Assembly: GCA_964291285.2 (NCBI GenBank)
Contig: OZ219787.1
Span: 2,048,001 to 2,112,000, forward strand
Reading direction: 5' to 3'
Length of the DNA: 64,000 nucleotides
DNA from: Alphaproteobacteria bacterium
GTDB taxonomy: Bacteria > Pseudomonadota > Alphaproteobacteria > Bin95
The position numbers and the translations under genes are program-made. The notes under the pieces were generated by a model. It had not been told where the DNA came from. It saw only the letters and a program-made list of their open reading frames with translations, and made no database searches. Below are positions 41,302-51,240 of the stretch, piece after piece; position 1 is the first letter of the stretch; each line of letters starts with the position of its first letter.

Positions 41302-41942
41302 ATCCGCCTCGCCTTCGTCGCGATCACCTGCTCGATGCCGATCCCCGCCGGGCGCTCGTCGAACGGCACCCGCATCACGAGCACCTTCGTCACCATCTCC
41401 GTGGACGAGGTCTTCCGGCCGGCGTGGAACGTCACGATCATCGGGAACTCAAGCTGCCAGCCCGCGCGCCCGTCCGCGAATATCCGCGCGTCCGTCACCA
41501 CCGGAGCCCCCTGGGCCACCGCGCTTGCCACCTGGAAATTGTCCCTGATCCGGTCGAGATAGAGGCTCTCCTCCAGCCCGCCGATGAACGACTCGTAGCC
41601 CTCGTCAGTGAAATACTCGCGAACCGCACTCAGGCGCGGCTGCCAGTCGTGGTGCCCGAAGGTGAATGCCTCGGTCACCGCCGTCACGGTCCAGTTCTTC
41701 AGCGAGGCATCCGTGCGCACCGGCTGGTCCAGCCCCTGCGCCTCGATGACCTTTCCGTCCGGCGTCGCCGCGATCGTCACATAGACCGTGTCGTGAAGGT
41801 CGATATAGCTCCAGAGCGCCGCCGTCAGCAGCACGTTCATCGCCAGCAGCACGAAGGCGATCCGCCGCCAGCCGTGATGGGCCGACCGCTCGAACGAGAG
41901 GCTGCGCGCCGCCGCCGCAACCGCCTGGCGAAGGTCGCTCAT
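41298..41942 (-). CDS. dotI: DotI/IcmL (TraM)
   Basis: TM segment, ATPDGK, W...AVTEAFTF..DW..L..YFT..GY..F...L, WQLEFPM, and GIGIEQ. Confidence 0.9.
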   Translation of the reverse strand: MSDLRQAVAAAARSLSFERSAHHGWRRIAFVLLAMNVLLTAALWSYIDLHDTVYVTIAATPDGKVIEAQGLDQPVRTDASLKNWTVTAVTEAFTFGHHDWQPRLSAVREYFTDEGYESFIGGLEESLYLDRIRDNFQVASAVAQGAPVVTDARIFADGRAGWQLEFPMIVTFHAGRKTSSTEMVTKVLVMRVPFDERPAGIGIEQVIATKARRI

Positions 41943-42307
41943 CGCGCCCATCCGGGCACCCGGTCCGTCGCGACCCACGCCTGCAGAAGCTCCGGAACAG
42001 ATATCCAGCCTCCCAACAGGAAGACCGCGCACATCGCATAACCGACCAACCCGCCCACCTCGCCCCGCCGCCACGCGCGAAAGGCAAGGACGCCCGAGCA
42101 CGCCAGCCCAAGGATGAACGCCACATGCCAGACCCCGCCGACGCGGTCCTCCGCCGGCGTCCACCGCAGCAGCAGGTCCTGCGCCATGCTCCCGTACCGG
42201 TCCGCCAGACCGGGCAATGCCACCCCGACGCACAAAACCGCCAGCACGGCCACCACCGGCACCGCCCCCAGGCCCGCACCCGCCCCACGTTTCAACCGGA
42301 CGCCCAT
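41939..42307 (-). CDS. Small membrane protein
   Basis: Three hydrophobic segments; operon-coupled. Confidence 0.6.
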   Translation of the reverse strand: MGVRLKRGAGAGLGAVPVVAVLAVLCVGVALPGLADRYGSMAQDLLLRWTPAEDRVGGVWHVAFILGLACSGVLAFRAWRRGEVGGLVGYAMCAVFLLGGWISVPELLQAWVATDRVPGWAR

Positions 42308-42310
42308 CGC

Positions 42311-42655
42311 TCAGTCCGCCAACCACATCGGTGCGACCAACGGCGGAATGCCGAGTACTCCCCACAATGCCCAGACCAGTACCCAGAAGCACAAAGCCCC
42401 TGTCGCGGGCACGACGACCTTCAACGCCCTGAACGGCCCTCCGGCGGCGCCGACGCCCTTCAGCCTCACCAACAGCCAACCGGACAGCCCAAGGGCGAAC
42501 ACAAGGCATATCAGGAAGAGAAACCAAACCGGCGACGGTCCCGGCCGCCACAACAGATCCTGCGTCATCCCGTGGTACTGCGCCGCAACACACGGCGCCG
42601 CCCCGGCAACGCATCCCGCCGCGAGCAGGCCGGCCATGCTTGCCCGCACCGTCAC
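42311..42655 (-). CDS. Small membrane protein
   Basis: Signal peptide plus two TM segments; shares Y.(G/S)M(T/A)QDLL with the neighbouring ORF. Confidence 0.6.
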   Translation of the reverse strand: MTVRASMAGLLAAGCVAGAAPCVAAQYHGMTQDLLWRPGPSPVWFLFLICLVFALGLSGWLLVRLKGVGAAGGPFRALKVVVPATGALCFWVLVWALWGVLGIPPLVAPMWLAD

Positions 42656-43638
42656 TGCGGTGCCCCTTCACCGAACCATTCCCCGAAGTCGGCGCCGATC
42701 GCCGATTGAATCCTTCCGTCCCCTCCCCTCATCAACGAGTAAGGAACGAACTCCGAGCCCGTCCGCTCGAACAGCCGCCGGTTGAGAGCCACGCCGCTAG
42801 CTGCATCCGCTTCCAGCGCCGGCCACTTGTCTTCGCTATCCAGAGTGAACCAGCCGCGCGCCCGGTCCTCCGAACCCAGCACCAGCGCCGCCATGACCTC
42901 AGCCTCGGCGCCGCGCGCGCCCACCGGCACCACCCGCAACCTGATCTCGCCCGCCAGCGCCCGCCTCGCGAGCTCCGCCACCGCTGCCCGCGAGGGCAAG
43001 CAGCTCGGATCGGCAAATATCGCGACCTGCGGCCCGCTCTCCCCGAGGTCGAACCCCTCCACCACCAGCGCCATCTCGAAAATGCCTGGCAACGAGGCCG
43101 ACACAGACGAGACCTTGCCACCTGAAACCCTGCTCGCCCCCTCGGCCGGCGCTTGCCTCACCTCCGCCAGCAGCGCCCGGTAAGTATCTCCGGGCTTTGT
43201 ATGACTCTGCGCCCGCGTTTGCTCGCTCACAGCCCGAACAGGCGAAGCTTCCAGGTCCGCGTCCCCAGGATTCCGTCCCTGTCCCCGCTGCCCCTGCTCC
43301 GCACCCCCAACGGCCGGTCTCTCCCGGAACCCTGCAATCTGCCGGCCCGTCACCTCACTGCCGTCTGGAGAGAACAGCAGACCCATCACCCCGTAGCCGC
43401 TCCCGTCCACGTAAAGCGTGTAGGGCCGCTGGCCGCGGGGCGTGACCAGCCACCCCTCGAGCGCTCCCCTCCGACCCAGCGGCTTCACCTCCGCCCCGTT
43501 CGCCCGAAGCCCTGCCACAAGCGAACCGCCCGCCTCCTGGCCCAATGCCGTTTTCGTATCCATCGACCATCCGATCATTGCGGCGCCCAGCACGCCCGAA
43601 ACCGCCCAGGCGCGGGCTTTCTTCGCGCGCAGCTTCAT
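42652..43638 (-). CDS. DsbG/DsbC-like periplasmic thioredoxin-fold protein with a CxxS centre
   Basis: DsbG-like N-terminus (LEGWLV..TLYVD.SG..VMGLLF..DG..VT), IFADPSCLPS, and FVP cis-Pro loop. Confidence 0.7.
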   Translation of the reverse strand: MKLRAKKARAWAVSGVLGAAMIGWSMDTKTALGQEAGGSLVAGLRANGAEVKPLGRRGALEGWLVTPRGQRPYTLYVDGSGYGVMGLLFSPDGSEVTGRQIAGFRERPAVGGAEQGQRGQGRNPGDADLEASPVRAVSEQTRAQSHTKPGDTYRALLAEVRQAPAEGASRVSGGKVSSVSASLPGIFEMALVVEGFDLGESGPQVAIFADPSCLPSRAAVAELARRALAGEIRLRVVPVGARGAEAEVMAALVLGSEDRARGWFTLDSEDKWPALEADAASGVALNRRLFERTGSEFVPYSLMRGGDGRIQSAIGADFGEWFGEGAPQ

Positions 43639-44270
43639 CGCTCCGCCTCCCCGAACCCGCGTTGCAGATACCGCTGGCGCCGGCCGCTCTCGTCCAAACG
43701 CCAGCCCCACCAGCCGACCCCAAACGGAACGACTTCCCGGACCTTCCCACCCCGTCTCGACTGGACGGTCCCTGTCCAGAACCCGTCCATCGAGCCACAG
43801 ACGATCGCGGACACCGGCCCCAATGCCGCGCACACCGCAAACAGCGGATTGGTCAACTGCGACGCGTCCCGGAAGGCTGACTGAATCAGGACCAGTCCCC
43901 CTTCGAACGTCATCGCCGGATCGCCGACCTCTTCGAACCACGCCGCGATAGTTCCCAGAACCGTCAACCCGAACCCGACCAGTGCGCCGACCGCCAGAAA
44001 AACCAAGGGCGGGCGAATGTCCTCCCACGCCATGAAACGAGCCAATCCGCGATCGAACATCCGCCCCCTTCCGCCATGCACCCGACGTCCGGCACCCAGA
44101 CCCGCTACGAACGCAAGCCCATACGCTCCCGCCATCCAGACCGGCGACACCTGAAAACCCGACACGATCAGTCCCCACGTCATCAGCAGGACGCTCCGCC
44201 TGAAGGAGAGCCCCACATGCCGCCGCTCGAACGGGCTCGGCAGGCCCTCCCCTGCACCTTTCACGCCCAT
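43635..44270 (-). CDS. Membrane protein (paralog family member 1)
   Basis: About four TM segments; C-terminal SMDGFW..VQSRRG. Confidence 0.6.
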   Translation of the reverse strand: MGVKGAGEGLPSPFERRHVGLSFRRSVLLMTWGLIVSGFQVSPVWMAGAYGLAFVAGLGAGRRVHGGRGRMFDRGLARFMAWEDIRPPLVFLAVGALVGFGLTVLGTIAAWFEEVGDPAMTFEGGLVLIQSAFRDASQLTNPLFAVCAALGPVSAIVCGSMDGFWTGTVQSRRGGKVREVVPFGVGWWGWRLDESGRRQRYLQRGFGEAER

Positions 44271-44371
44271 GCCACCGCCCCCAGAAACAGCACCGTCCCG
44301 GCCACAACCGCCAACGCCACCAGGCGCGAGCCCGCAACCACCTGCATCACCCTCACGGTCTTTGCCTTCAT
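44261..44371 (-). CDS. Possible 36-aa single-TM peptide
   Basis: MKAKTVRVMQVVAGSRLVALAVVAGTVLFLGAVAWA; GGAGG upstream. Confidence 0.4.
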   Translation of the reverse strand: MKAKTVRVMQVVAGSRLVALAVVAGTVLFLGAVAWA

Positions 44372-44387
44372 TCGCTCGCCTCCGTCC

Positions 44388-45218
44388 CTATCGCGCGCCT
44401 TCCAGCACAACATCCGGATGCAATCCGTTCCCGTCCTCACGGCGACCCAGATATTCTTCTGGCCCGCCGCGCCCTCGAGCGGCGTTCCCCTCTTCCTCCA
44501 GGCCGGGGGGCGCCAGCATTGGAGGACGCTCAATAACGGCCGGCGCCTCGACCATCCCCATCGCCGGATTCGCTTCCCGGCCTCCACGAGGCAACCGCGT
44601 CCCCGGCTGTTCCACTCGCCCTTGCACCCCACTCACCGGTACCCTCCCGGCAGTACCGTCCCCCCTCCAGGCGACATCCACACTCACGAACCCGAGCGTC
44701 ACCGCCCCCGCGCCGAAGGCCGCGAGCATCGTCAACACCCACAGCGCGCACAGCACCGCAACGCCCGAACGGCGCGGGATCGGATCCCGAACAGACGCCA
44801 CGCCCCGCAGGAAGGTCAGGTGCTCCCGGACCCACCCGAAATCCCTGTGCTGACGGTCCAGCAGCAGTTCCACATCGTCCTTCCGCGCCAGGTCCCCCGG
44901 GACATTTCGAATCCCTGCCAATCCCGCCGTCACCGCGAGCAGCCGGTCCCGGACCCTGTCGAACTCCCCGCGCCACGCCGCCGCCTGCGCGTTCACGTCC
45001 CGCCGGTCCGGAACCTTGTCGACCAGCTCCGCCAGCAGCCTTTCGATGAGGCGAATCCTGTCCTCCAGCCGGTGCAACCGCCCCGACAGAGTCTCCCGAT
45101 GTTCGATATCCCAGGGGGACAGCTCCCTATCGTCCTGGACTCCCCCCTCGTCCAGGTCCCCCGGCACCAACAGCCCGCCCGGCCCGGTCCCGAACGTCCT
45201 CCCGCTCTCGTCCGTCAT
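44388..45218 (-). CDS. Coiled-coil membrane-anchored hypothetical protein
   Basis: Heptad region plus one TM segment; TGATG overlap with the upstream gene. Confidence 0.6.
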   Translation of the reverse strand: MTDESGRTFGTGPGGLLVPGDLDEGGVQDDRELSPWDIEHRETLSGRLHRLEDRIRLIERLLAELVDKVPDRRDVNAQAAAWRGEFDRVRDRLLAVTAGLAGIRNVPGDLARKDDVELLLDRQHRDFGWVREHLTFLRGVASVRDPIPRRSGVAVLCALWVLTMLAAFGAGAVTLGFVSVDVAWRGDGTAGRVPVSGVQGRVEQPGTRLPRGGREANPAMGMVEAPAVIERPPMLAPPGLEEEGNAARGRGGPEEYLGRREDGNGLHPDVVLEGAR

Positions 45219-45781
45219 CAGCGATCGCCTCCCGCCCGCCAAATGTGTTTCAACGCCATCGAGGCGCCGTCTTCCGAGAGCCTCCCCGCCGGCGCATCCG
45301 GAACGTCGCCGAGCGCCGCAAACAGCGCCGCCACTGCCTCCTCGAACGTGACCGCCCGAAAGACCCGCCCGTCATGAACCCGGTAGTGCCGGTCCGTGCG
45401 CCACACGACTTCGACGCCGGCACGCGCGCTCCAGCGCGACATGACCGAGCGCAGCGTCTCCTCTGACCACACCCGCCAGTCCGAAGCGCCCACCCGCGCC
45501 GTCGCAAACTCGATTTCGCCCTCGCGTACACCGGCAGGACGGATATGCAGCTCGTCCCCGAAACGCCGCCACGCCAGGCCCGCATCGAACAGCAGGGACC
45601 GCCAGTCGCCATGCACCCGTTCTACCGGACGGCCGCCCTCCACCCTCCGATCCCAGCGCAGCTTCACGCCGACCGGGCCGAGCCTCGCCGCCGTTTCTGC
45701 AAGCGACGTCTCGTCCGGTGCCTGCAGCAGCACGCCCTCTCGCAGCCCGGGCTCAAATTCGAACCCGGCACTCGCCGGCAT
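45218..45781 (-). CDS. TcpQ/PilL-like domain protein
   Basis: WRV..EETLRSVMSRWSARAGVEVVW.TDRHY..FEEAVAALF; start uncertain. Confidence 0.72.
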   Translation of the reverse strand: MPASAGFEFEPGLREGVLLQAPDETSLAETAARLGPVGVKLRWDRRVEGGRPVERVHGDWRSLLFDAGLAWRRFGDELHIRPAGVREGEIEFATARVGASDWRVWSEETLRSVMSRWSARAGVEVVWRTDRHYRVHDGRVFRAVTFEEAVAALFAALGDVPDAPAGRLSEDGASMALKHIWRAGGDR

Positions 45782-45795
45782 CCCGCCTATCGCCC

Positions 45796-46068
45796 CTAGA
45801 GCCAGTGCAAGTCCGCAAACCGCCGATAGCGGTCGAGGAAGAGCGCGCGCCGGCCCCGGCAGCTCGCCGCCCGCACCCGCCTTATCGCCGCCTTCAGCCG
45901 GTAACCCCGTTTCTCCGCGATCCGGAATCCCGCAAACGCCAGCATCAACAGCACCGTCGTCGCAATGTTCGGCCAGAACAGCCAGGCGAATGTCAAAACC
46001 GCCAGCCGGGCGTCGAACCCCCAGATCCGGACCGCCCGCGCGCTGTCGCGCCAGACGACCTGCTCCAT
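45796..46068 (-). CDS. icmT: IcmT/TraK
   Basis: WRDSARAVRIWGFDAR..TM..EKRGY..AIRRVR. Confidence 0.9.
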   Translation of the reverse strand: MEQVVWRDSARAVRIWGFDARLAVLTFAWLFWPNIATTVLLMLAFAGFRIAEKRGYRLKAAIRRVRAASCRGRRALFLDRYRRFADLHWL

Positions 46069-46086
46069 GCCCGCCTCCCCGAAGCC

Positions 46087-47211
46087 TCACCGCCGCTCTC
46101 CCGAAATGCCGTGCGAGGCCCTGATGCGCGCCAGGTCCATCGCCCCGATCCGCCCCTCGGCAGCGACTCCCTCGGCCTGCGCTACCAGGCCCTGGTCCTT
46201 CTCGCGCAACGCCTCCGATATCCGCCGCGGCCAGAGCCGGCGCTCCATGTCGAGCAGCCCGGCCTTCAGCTCGGCATCGAACACCAGCCATTCCCGGATT
46301 GCCGTCCTGCCGCCCTTAGGGTTCGGCAGCAGCACCTGCGTCACGACCAGGTTCAGCATGTCCACCAGCGCCGCGCCGCGCTCATCCCGCTCCTCTTCGC
46401 GAAACTCGCTCAGCATCCGGCGAATGGTGTTCGCCACCCCGATCGTGTGCGTCGTGCTGTAAACCGCGATGCCGAAATCGGCCGCATTGATCGCCGCCTC
46501 GACCGTCTCCCGGTCGCGCGCCTCGCCCACGACCACCGCCGCCGGCCGCCGGCGAAGGCTCGCCCGCAAACCGTCAGCGAAGCTCTCGAAATGCCGCGGG
46601 ATCTCCGAGCTCGACATCAGGCTCGCCCCGCTCGTCTCAACACCGTCGAACACGAACTCGATCGGCGCCTCGTAACTCTGGATGCGGCCCGCGCCCGTCT
46701 CGAGAAGACGCCGCGTCCCGGCCGCCAGCAATGTGCTCTTGCCGCTCCCCGGAACACCCGTCACCAGGTTCAGCCCCGTGCAGGCCTCCAGCGCCGCGAC
46801 GATCTCATCCTCGATCTGCAGTTCGTCCAGCGTCGGGGGATCGCCCGGCAGAAGCCGCATCGTGATGTTGATGCCGAACCCGTGCCTCACCTGGACCGGA
46901 GAGAGATTGCAACGGAACCTGATAGCCTCCCCGCGCCGGATGCTCGCCGCATGGCCGCAGTCCACCGCGCGACCCGACCGCAGAACCCCGTCCGCCGTCT
47001 CCCGCCCGATCGCCCGCGCGATCCTCTCGACCGTCGTGCCGTCCAGCAGCGCTCCCGTCGCCTGCCGCACCCGCCCGTCCACCTCGATCAACGCCGTCGC
47101 CTGCGTCTGGAACGAAACATCCGATGCGCGCTCACCCCACGCCCACCGCAGGAAATCGTCCAGCTGCTCGACCGGAAACGCATGCTCGCCGGGGGACCAC
47201 AAGCCAGTCAT
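46087..47211 (-). CDS. dotB: DotB/TraJ secretion ATPase
   Basis: ASDVSFQT, FRCN, GVPGSGKSTLL, YEAPIEFVFD, LRRRP..VVGEARD.ET, and REWLVFD. Confidence 0.93.
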   Translation of the reverse strand: MTGLWSPGEHAFPVEQLDDFLRWAWGERASDVSFQTQATALIEVDGRVRQATGALLDGTTVERIARAIGRETADGVLRSGRAVDCGHAASIRRGEAIRFRCNLSPVQVRHGFGINITMRLLPGDPPTLDELQIEDEIVAALEACTGLNLVTGVPGSGKSTLLAAGTRRLLETGAGRIQSYEAPIEFVFDGVETSGASLMSSSEIPRHFESFADGLRASLRRRPAAVVVGEARDRETVEAAINAADFGIAVYSTTHTIGVANTIRRMLSEFREEERDERGAALVDMLNLVVTQVLLPNPKGGRTAIREWLVFDAELKAGLLDMERRLWPRRISEALREKDQGLVAQAEGVAAEGRIGAMDLARIRASHGISGERR

Positions 47212-47921
47212 GGCTTCACCTCCGGCGCTTGCTGCCTTATGACAATCCAGAAAGCCCGCAACAGCGAGCATCGCCGCTCGCGTGACACCACAACCAACAC
47301 CGGCCCGTCACTGATTCCCCCGACCAATCCGCCAAACGAAATCGCCGCCGCCCCCACCTCCAGAACAACCGGCGGTCCAAACACAAGCCCGCCAAAACCC
47401 AACAGAAGCAAGGTCAACCGGACTTCCATGAATGCGATGCCTGCATCGCCGATATCGCCCTGTCCAGACACCCTCGCCGCAACTATCGTCACGCCGACCG
47501 CAAGCAGGTATCCGCCGATGAACACCCCAAAATTCAGCCAGCCGGCCCCGCCCAACGCCCCGCAACCGGCCAAAATGCCAGCCGAGAACGCTGTCAGCGC
47601 AAGTGAGCCCGCGAAGTCGTGACCGAGTCCCAGGCGTTCGTCGCCAACGCCTACCAGATCGCCTGGATTGTCGGCCTCGTGATCGCCATGACAGCCGTAA
47701 CCCTGTTCATGTTGACCTTCAGACCTGACGAGACCCGAATTCTCCCGAGGCTCGGTCGCTACCACTTCTGGATCTTCATGATCTTGATGTTCGGCATCCT
47801 GCTCACCCTGCCCCACTGGCTGGACGTCGGCCCGCCCACCGTTTACCGGTTCTGATTCCTCGCGCCGCAGGACATCCAGTGTTACCGACGGCACACCTGT
47901 GACCTTCTGCTTACCCCTCAC
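47208..47921 (-). CDS. Membrane protein (paralog family member 2) with a hydrophilic N-terminus
   Basis: GTG overlaps the dotC stop; C-terminal ISDGPV..VSRERRCSLLRAFW. The start could be internal. Confidence 0.55.
   Translation of the reverse strand: MRGKQKVTGVPSVTLDVLRREESEPVNGGRADVQPVGQGEQDAEHQDHEDPEVVATEPRENSGLVRSEGQHEQGYGCHGDHEADNPGDLVGVGDERLGLGHDFAGSLALTAFSAGILAGCGALGGAGWLNFGVFIGGYLLAVGVTIVAARVSGQGDIGDAGIAFMEVRLTLLLLGFGGLVFGPPVVLEVGAAAISFGGLVGGISDGPVLVVVSRERRCSLLRAFWIVIRQQAPEVKP
47619..47855 (+). CDS. 78-aa two-TM protein antisense to the operon
   Basis: Two clean TM helices; GC-rich third codon positions on the + strand. Confidence 0.5.
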   Translation: MTESQAFVANAYQIAWIVGLVIAMTAVTLFMLTFRPDETRILPRLGRYHFWIFMILMFGILLTLPHWLDVGPPTVYRF

Positions 47922-48784
47922 GGCCCCGCCTCCGCCCATATCGGCAGACCCACTTCGGTATCGCTGCCTCCGGACCGGTACACGAACCCGCGCCACTCCC
48001 GAGCCCGCACCTGAAGCTCCGCAGGCCGCCCGAGGCGAACCAGCGTCTCGCCGACCCGCATCACCTGACCGTCGCCGGCCGTCGCTGACCGGCTCACCTC
48101 GATACTGGGGGCGCCCACCATTCGCGCCGCATGAAGCGTGCCCCAGCGCGCAATCCCTTCCAGCAGCGCATTCAGGCGGTCCAGGTCGGCCGCGAAGATC
48201 GCGTCCGCCTGGGCCACACCCTCATGCCAGCCCTCGGCAATCCAGCGCGCCCAGTCGGCCTTCTCCCGCTCATTCCGGGGGAACAGTACCGATACCGGAG
48301 GCTCCGGAACCCGCCAGCGACGCACCAGATAGTCCCGCCAGTGCGGCGGCGCCGTCGCCAGCCGCTCCGGCTCCACGATCCGCACCACCCGCGCCGCCGA
48401 GGCCGCGCGCCGTCCGTCCCTGCCGAGCCGCACCGCCTGCCGCGTCTCGCCCACCACCGGAGGCACCAGCGTGAACCCGTGCCGGGTCTCGGTCAGACGC
48501 CGGAACCCGTAAAGACGGTCCAGGCTCGCCGCGTGCTTCGCGATGACGGTCCGCTCGATCTCCCAGGAGCGCCACGCCAGACCGCCCTGCGCCCCGAAGG
48601 CCAAAGCGGCCGTGCGCATCGCCTCCCGGCGCTTCTCCTCCCCAAACTCCAATCCCAGATCTGCGCCAGGCCTTGTTTCCAGCAAGCCCGCCAGATCGGG
48701 CGGCGAGGAGTCTTCCGCCCCTCCTGAGAGCGGAACCAGAAGCACGGCTAGGGCCGCAAGGAGGAGGCGCAGGGCCTGCATCAC
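47918..48784 (-). CDS. dotC: DotC/TraI
   Basis: A.AFGAQGGLAWR, LDRLY.F..L, PPVV.E, PPHWRDYL, W...IAEGW.EG..QAD.IF..L.RL. Confidence 0.92.
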   Translation of the reverse strand: MMQALRLLLAALAVLLVPLSGGAEDSSPPDLAGLLETRPGADLGLEFGEEKRREAMRTAALAFGAQGGLAWRSWEIERTVIAKHAASLDRLYGFRRLTETRHGFTLVPPVVGETRQAVRLGRDGRRAASAARVVRIVEPERLATAPPHWRDYLVRRWRVPEPPVSVLFPRNEREKADWARWIAEGWHEGVAQADAIFAADLDRLNALLEGIARWGTLHAARMVGAPSIEVSRSATAGDGQVMRVGETLVRLGRPAELQVRAREWRGFVYRSGGSDTEVGLPIWAEAGP

Positions 48785-49302
48785 CTGCCCGGTCCCTCAG
48801 AACGAGGCTCCTCGAACCAGTCGAGACGCACGGTCATGCGGCCGGCGTCCACGGTCAGAAGCGCGCGGTCGGCCGCCTGCATGCCGGCATCCCTGAAGAT
48901 GTGTATGAGCGGCGCGTCCCTCGCCTCGATCTCGACCAGCACCGGCGCCGGCGGAGGATGTCCCGCCGTCACCAGCGCATAGCCCGCGCCCGCCGCCAGC
49001 TGTCGCGCCAGTTCCTCGAGTGGCCCGATGTAATCCATCGACACGCGCAGCAGCAGTTCCGGCGGCACGTTGCTGGGCATGTCCGGAGCCCTGAGATCCG
49101 CCCCGGCCGAACGCACCTCCGCGAGCACAGCCAGCGACAGCTCCGCGCGAGTCACCGCCTCCGCAATACGCGCTTCAGCGGGATCCATGACCGAGCCGTT
49201 GCCCTCCTTCGGCACCGGGTCCCGCCCGAAATCCAGCGTCTGGCAGCCGGCAAGGGCCAGCGCGCCGACCAGGAACGCGCCCGCCGTCGCGCCGACGCTC
49301 AT
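48781..49302 (-). CDS. dotD: DotD/TraH lipoprotein
   Basis: Lipobox LAGC; MDYIGPLEEL..LA..AGY..G.PP.APVLV..RDAG.QA. Confidence 0.9.
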   Translation of the reverse strand: MSVGATAGAFLVGALALAGCQTLDFGRDPVPKEGNGSVMDPAEARIAEAVTRAELSLAVLAEVRSAGADLRAPDMPSNVPPELLLRVSMDYIGPLEELARQLAAGAGYALVTAGHPPPAPVLVEIEARDAPLIHIFRDAGMQAADRALLTVDAGRMTVRLDWFEEPRSEGPGR

Positions 49303-50261
49303 TGCCCCGCGCTCCCGAGGTCGCGCACCACGAGCCACTTGTTGGGATAGGCCGTTGCCGTGAGCGTCCTGCGCATCGGAGAAATCGCCAGCAGCGCGTC
49401 TGCCGCCGCCAGGAACCCGGCCTCCTCCGTCTCGCCGGCTGGAAACTCTGCCGCCGCTCCCACCTTGAACCGGCGCTCGCTCTTCCACGCCAGCTGCCAA
49501 CCGGCGCGGTCCGCCCAGGCGCGCAAGACGTCCTCGACCGTGCCGTTCCTCTCCGGATCTACCGTCCATCCTGTCTCTCCTGGCGGTTCCGCTTGCGCCG
49601 GACCGGCTTCCTCTTGTCCTTCCACCGCCGCGACAGCACCGGCAGCCACTGCCCGTCCACCAGGCTCCAGCTCCCCCGGAACGCCGACCGCCACACGCCC
49701 CTGCGCAGCCTCTCCCTCTGCATCGCCGTCCTCCTTGTCCGTAAGGGCAGCAAGAACGCCCACCGCGATCCCGCCCGGCATCCGTTCCGGGCGCCGCTGC
49801 TCGATATCGCCGTAGCGGTAGAAAACGAGCCGTCCGTCTTCCCAGCCCCAGTCGTACCCCGAGAGCCGGGCGAGCTCGTCCAGTACCTCGGGAACCGTCC
49901 CCCGCATGGAAAGGCCGAACGGAACCGCCGGCTCCAGAACGACATCGCCGTCCAGCACGCGGCCTGGACGGTCCTGAAGCACCGCCTTCACCCCGGCCCG
50001 GTCCGCAACCAGTCCCGCCAGCTCCCGGAAGGGCAGGGGGGCCAGCTGCTTGACCTCGATCTCCCGCTCGGCAATCTCCGCAGGCAGGGCTTTCGACGGC
50101 GCCACGATCGTCACCGTCGCCGCCATGGGCGCCGCCGCCCAGGAGTTCCGCTGACCGTCCTGGGCCGCCGCCACGGAAACACACCCCAGCAGCACGGCAA
50201 GCAACAGCGCCGCCTCCAGCGACATGTCGACGATCCGCCGGCGACGCCGGCATTTACTCAC
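49299..50261 (-). CDS. TcpQ/PilL-like exported protein
   Basis: Signal peptide, secretin-N-like segment (GTVPEVLDELARLSGYDW), and C-terminal TVEDVLRAWADRAGWQLAW. Confidence 0.72.
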   Translation of the reverse strand: MSKCRRRRRIVDMSLEAALLLAVLLGCVSVAAAQDGQRNSWAAAPMAATVTIVAPSKALPAEIAEREIEVKQLAPLPFRELAGLVADRAGVKAVLQDRPGRVLDGDVVLEPAVPFGLSMRGTVPEVLDELARLSGYDWGWEDGRLVFYRYGDIEQRRPERMPGGIAVGVLAALTDKEDGDAEGEAAQGRVAVGVPGELEPGGRAVAAGAVAAVEGQEEAGPAQAEPPGETGWTVDPERNGTVEDVLRAWADRAGWQLAWKSERRFKVGAAAEFPAGETEEAGFLAAADALLAISPMRRTLTATAYPNKWLVVRDLGSAGQ

Positions 50262-51238
50262 GCTCGGCACCGAAGGCCCCCACAATTCCGTTCTGCTCGA
50301 AAACACCGGCGACCTCTGCCCGGGCCGGACCGGAAAAAACCCCGGATGCGGTTGCCGGCCACGCCCGCGTCGAACGCCATCCTCGCCGTCACGTCGAACT
50401 CCGGCTCCGCGTCCGGCGGCGGCGGACCCTCAACCACGACCTCAGTCCTGGTCACATCGAACAGGCTGACCGGCACATTCGCGAACCTGGCATCCGCAAT
50501 CGACGCTCCGGTCGAGACGTTCACCATCCCGGTAAACGCCGCATCGATCCGTCCGACGACATCGCCGTCTTCGGCATCGTCGCCCAGCGCCTCGATCGAC
50601 CGGAAGGTCAGCTCAGCGACGCCCTGCAGACGCCCGTCCGAAAACCCGCCGGCCTCCGTCACCCCGACCATCCGGCCTCGCCAGGTCGCCGTGACATCCT
50701 GACCCTCGGCGACCTCCGTCAGCGTCCCTAACGCCAGCCCGTAGCGGAACTCGCGAAGGTCCTCGCCCATGCCGTCGCGTTCCAGGAGAACTCCGAACCC
50801 GCTGTGGCGCATCCATCCGCCCCAACTCTCCGCATCGAGGTCCGAGGCCGACACGACATCGATTCCGTCCATCCGCTCGAGAACACCGGCGCTTGCGAGT
50901 TCGTCTGCATTGCCAATCCCGATTCTGCCGCTGCCCGACCCCGAACAGCCCAGGCCCGAGCACCCGACGTCATGCGCTTCGCTTGCGCCGAACCCTCTCT
51001 CCTCATGCACGCTGGTCGCGACCAGCGCATCCGCGCCTGCCACAACCGCGGCCGCCCACACCGACGCCGATGCCCTCTCCATGCCCGGAGACCCAACCGC
51101 CGGCGGGCCCGGCTCCGGTCCTGCCTCTCCGATCCTCGACCCGGGACGCGACGGCCCCTCGTCACCGCCGCAAGCGGACAGGACCGCACCGCAAACCAAC
51201 AGGACCGCGGCCAGACCCCCGTATCTCGATCCGGACAT
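50254..51238 (-). CDS. TbpB/fHbp-like beta-barrel lipoprotein, frameshifted near the C-terminus
   Basis: Lipobox LSACGG, GGWMRHSGF, ATWRGRMVG. The paralog-like tail GPARAEVAGVFEQNGIVGAFGAERE* lies in another frame after the G4T6 tract at 50334-50343. Confidence 0.65.
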
Positions 51239-51240
51239 CC

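Noticed and set aside
31138-49302. Calling this a Legionella-like effector translocation system
   Set aside because: No DotL/IcmS/IcmW adaptors or recognisable effectors in the window; linkage to a thin pilus and VirD4 fits conjugation at least as well.
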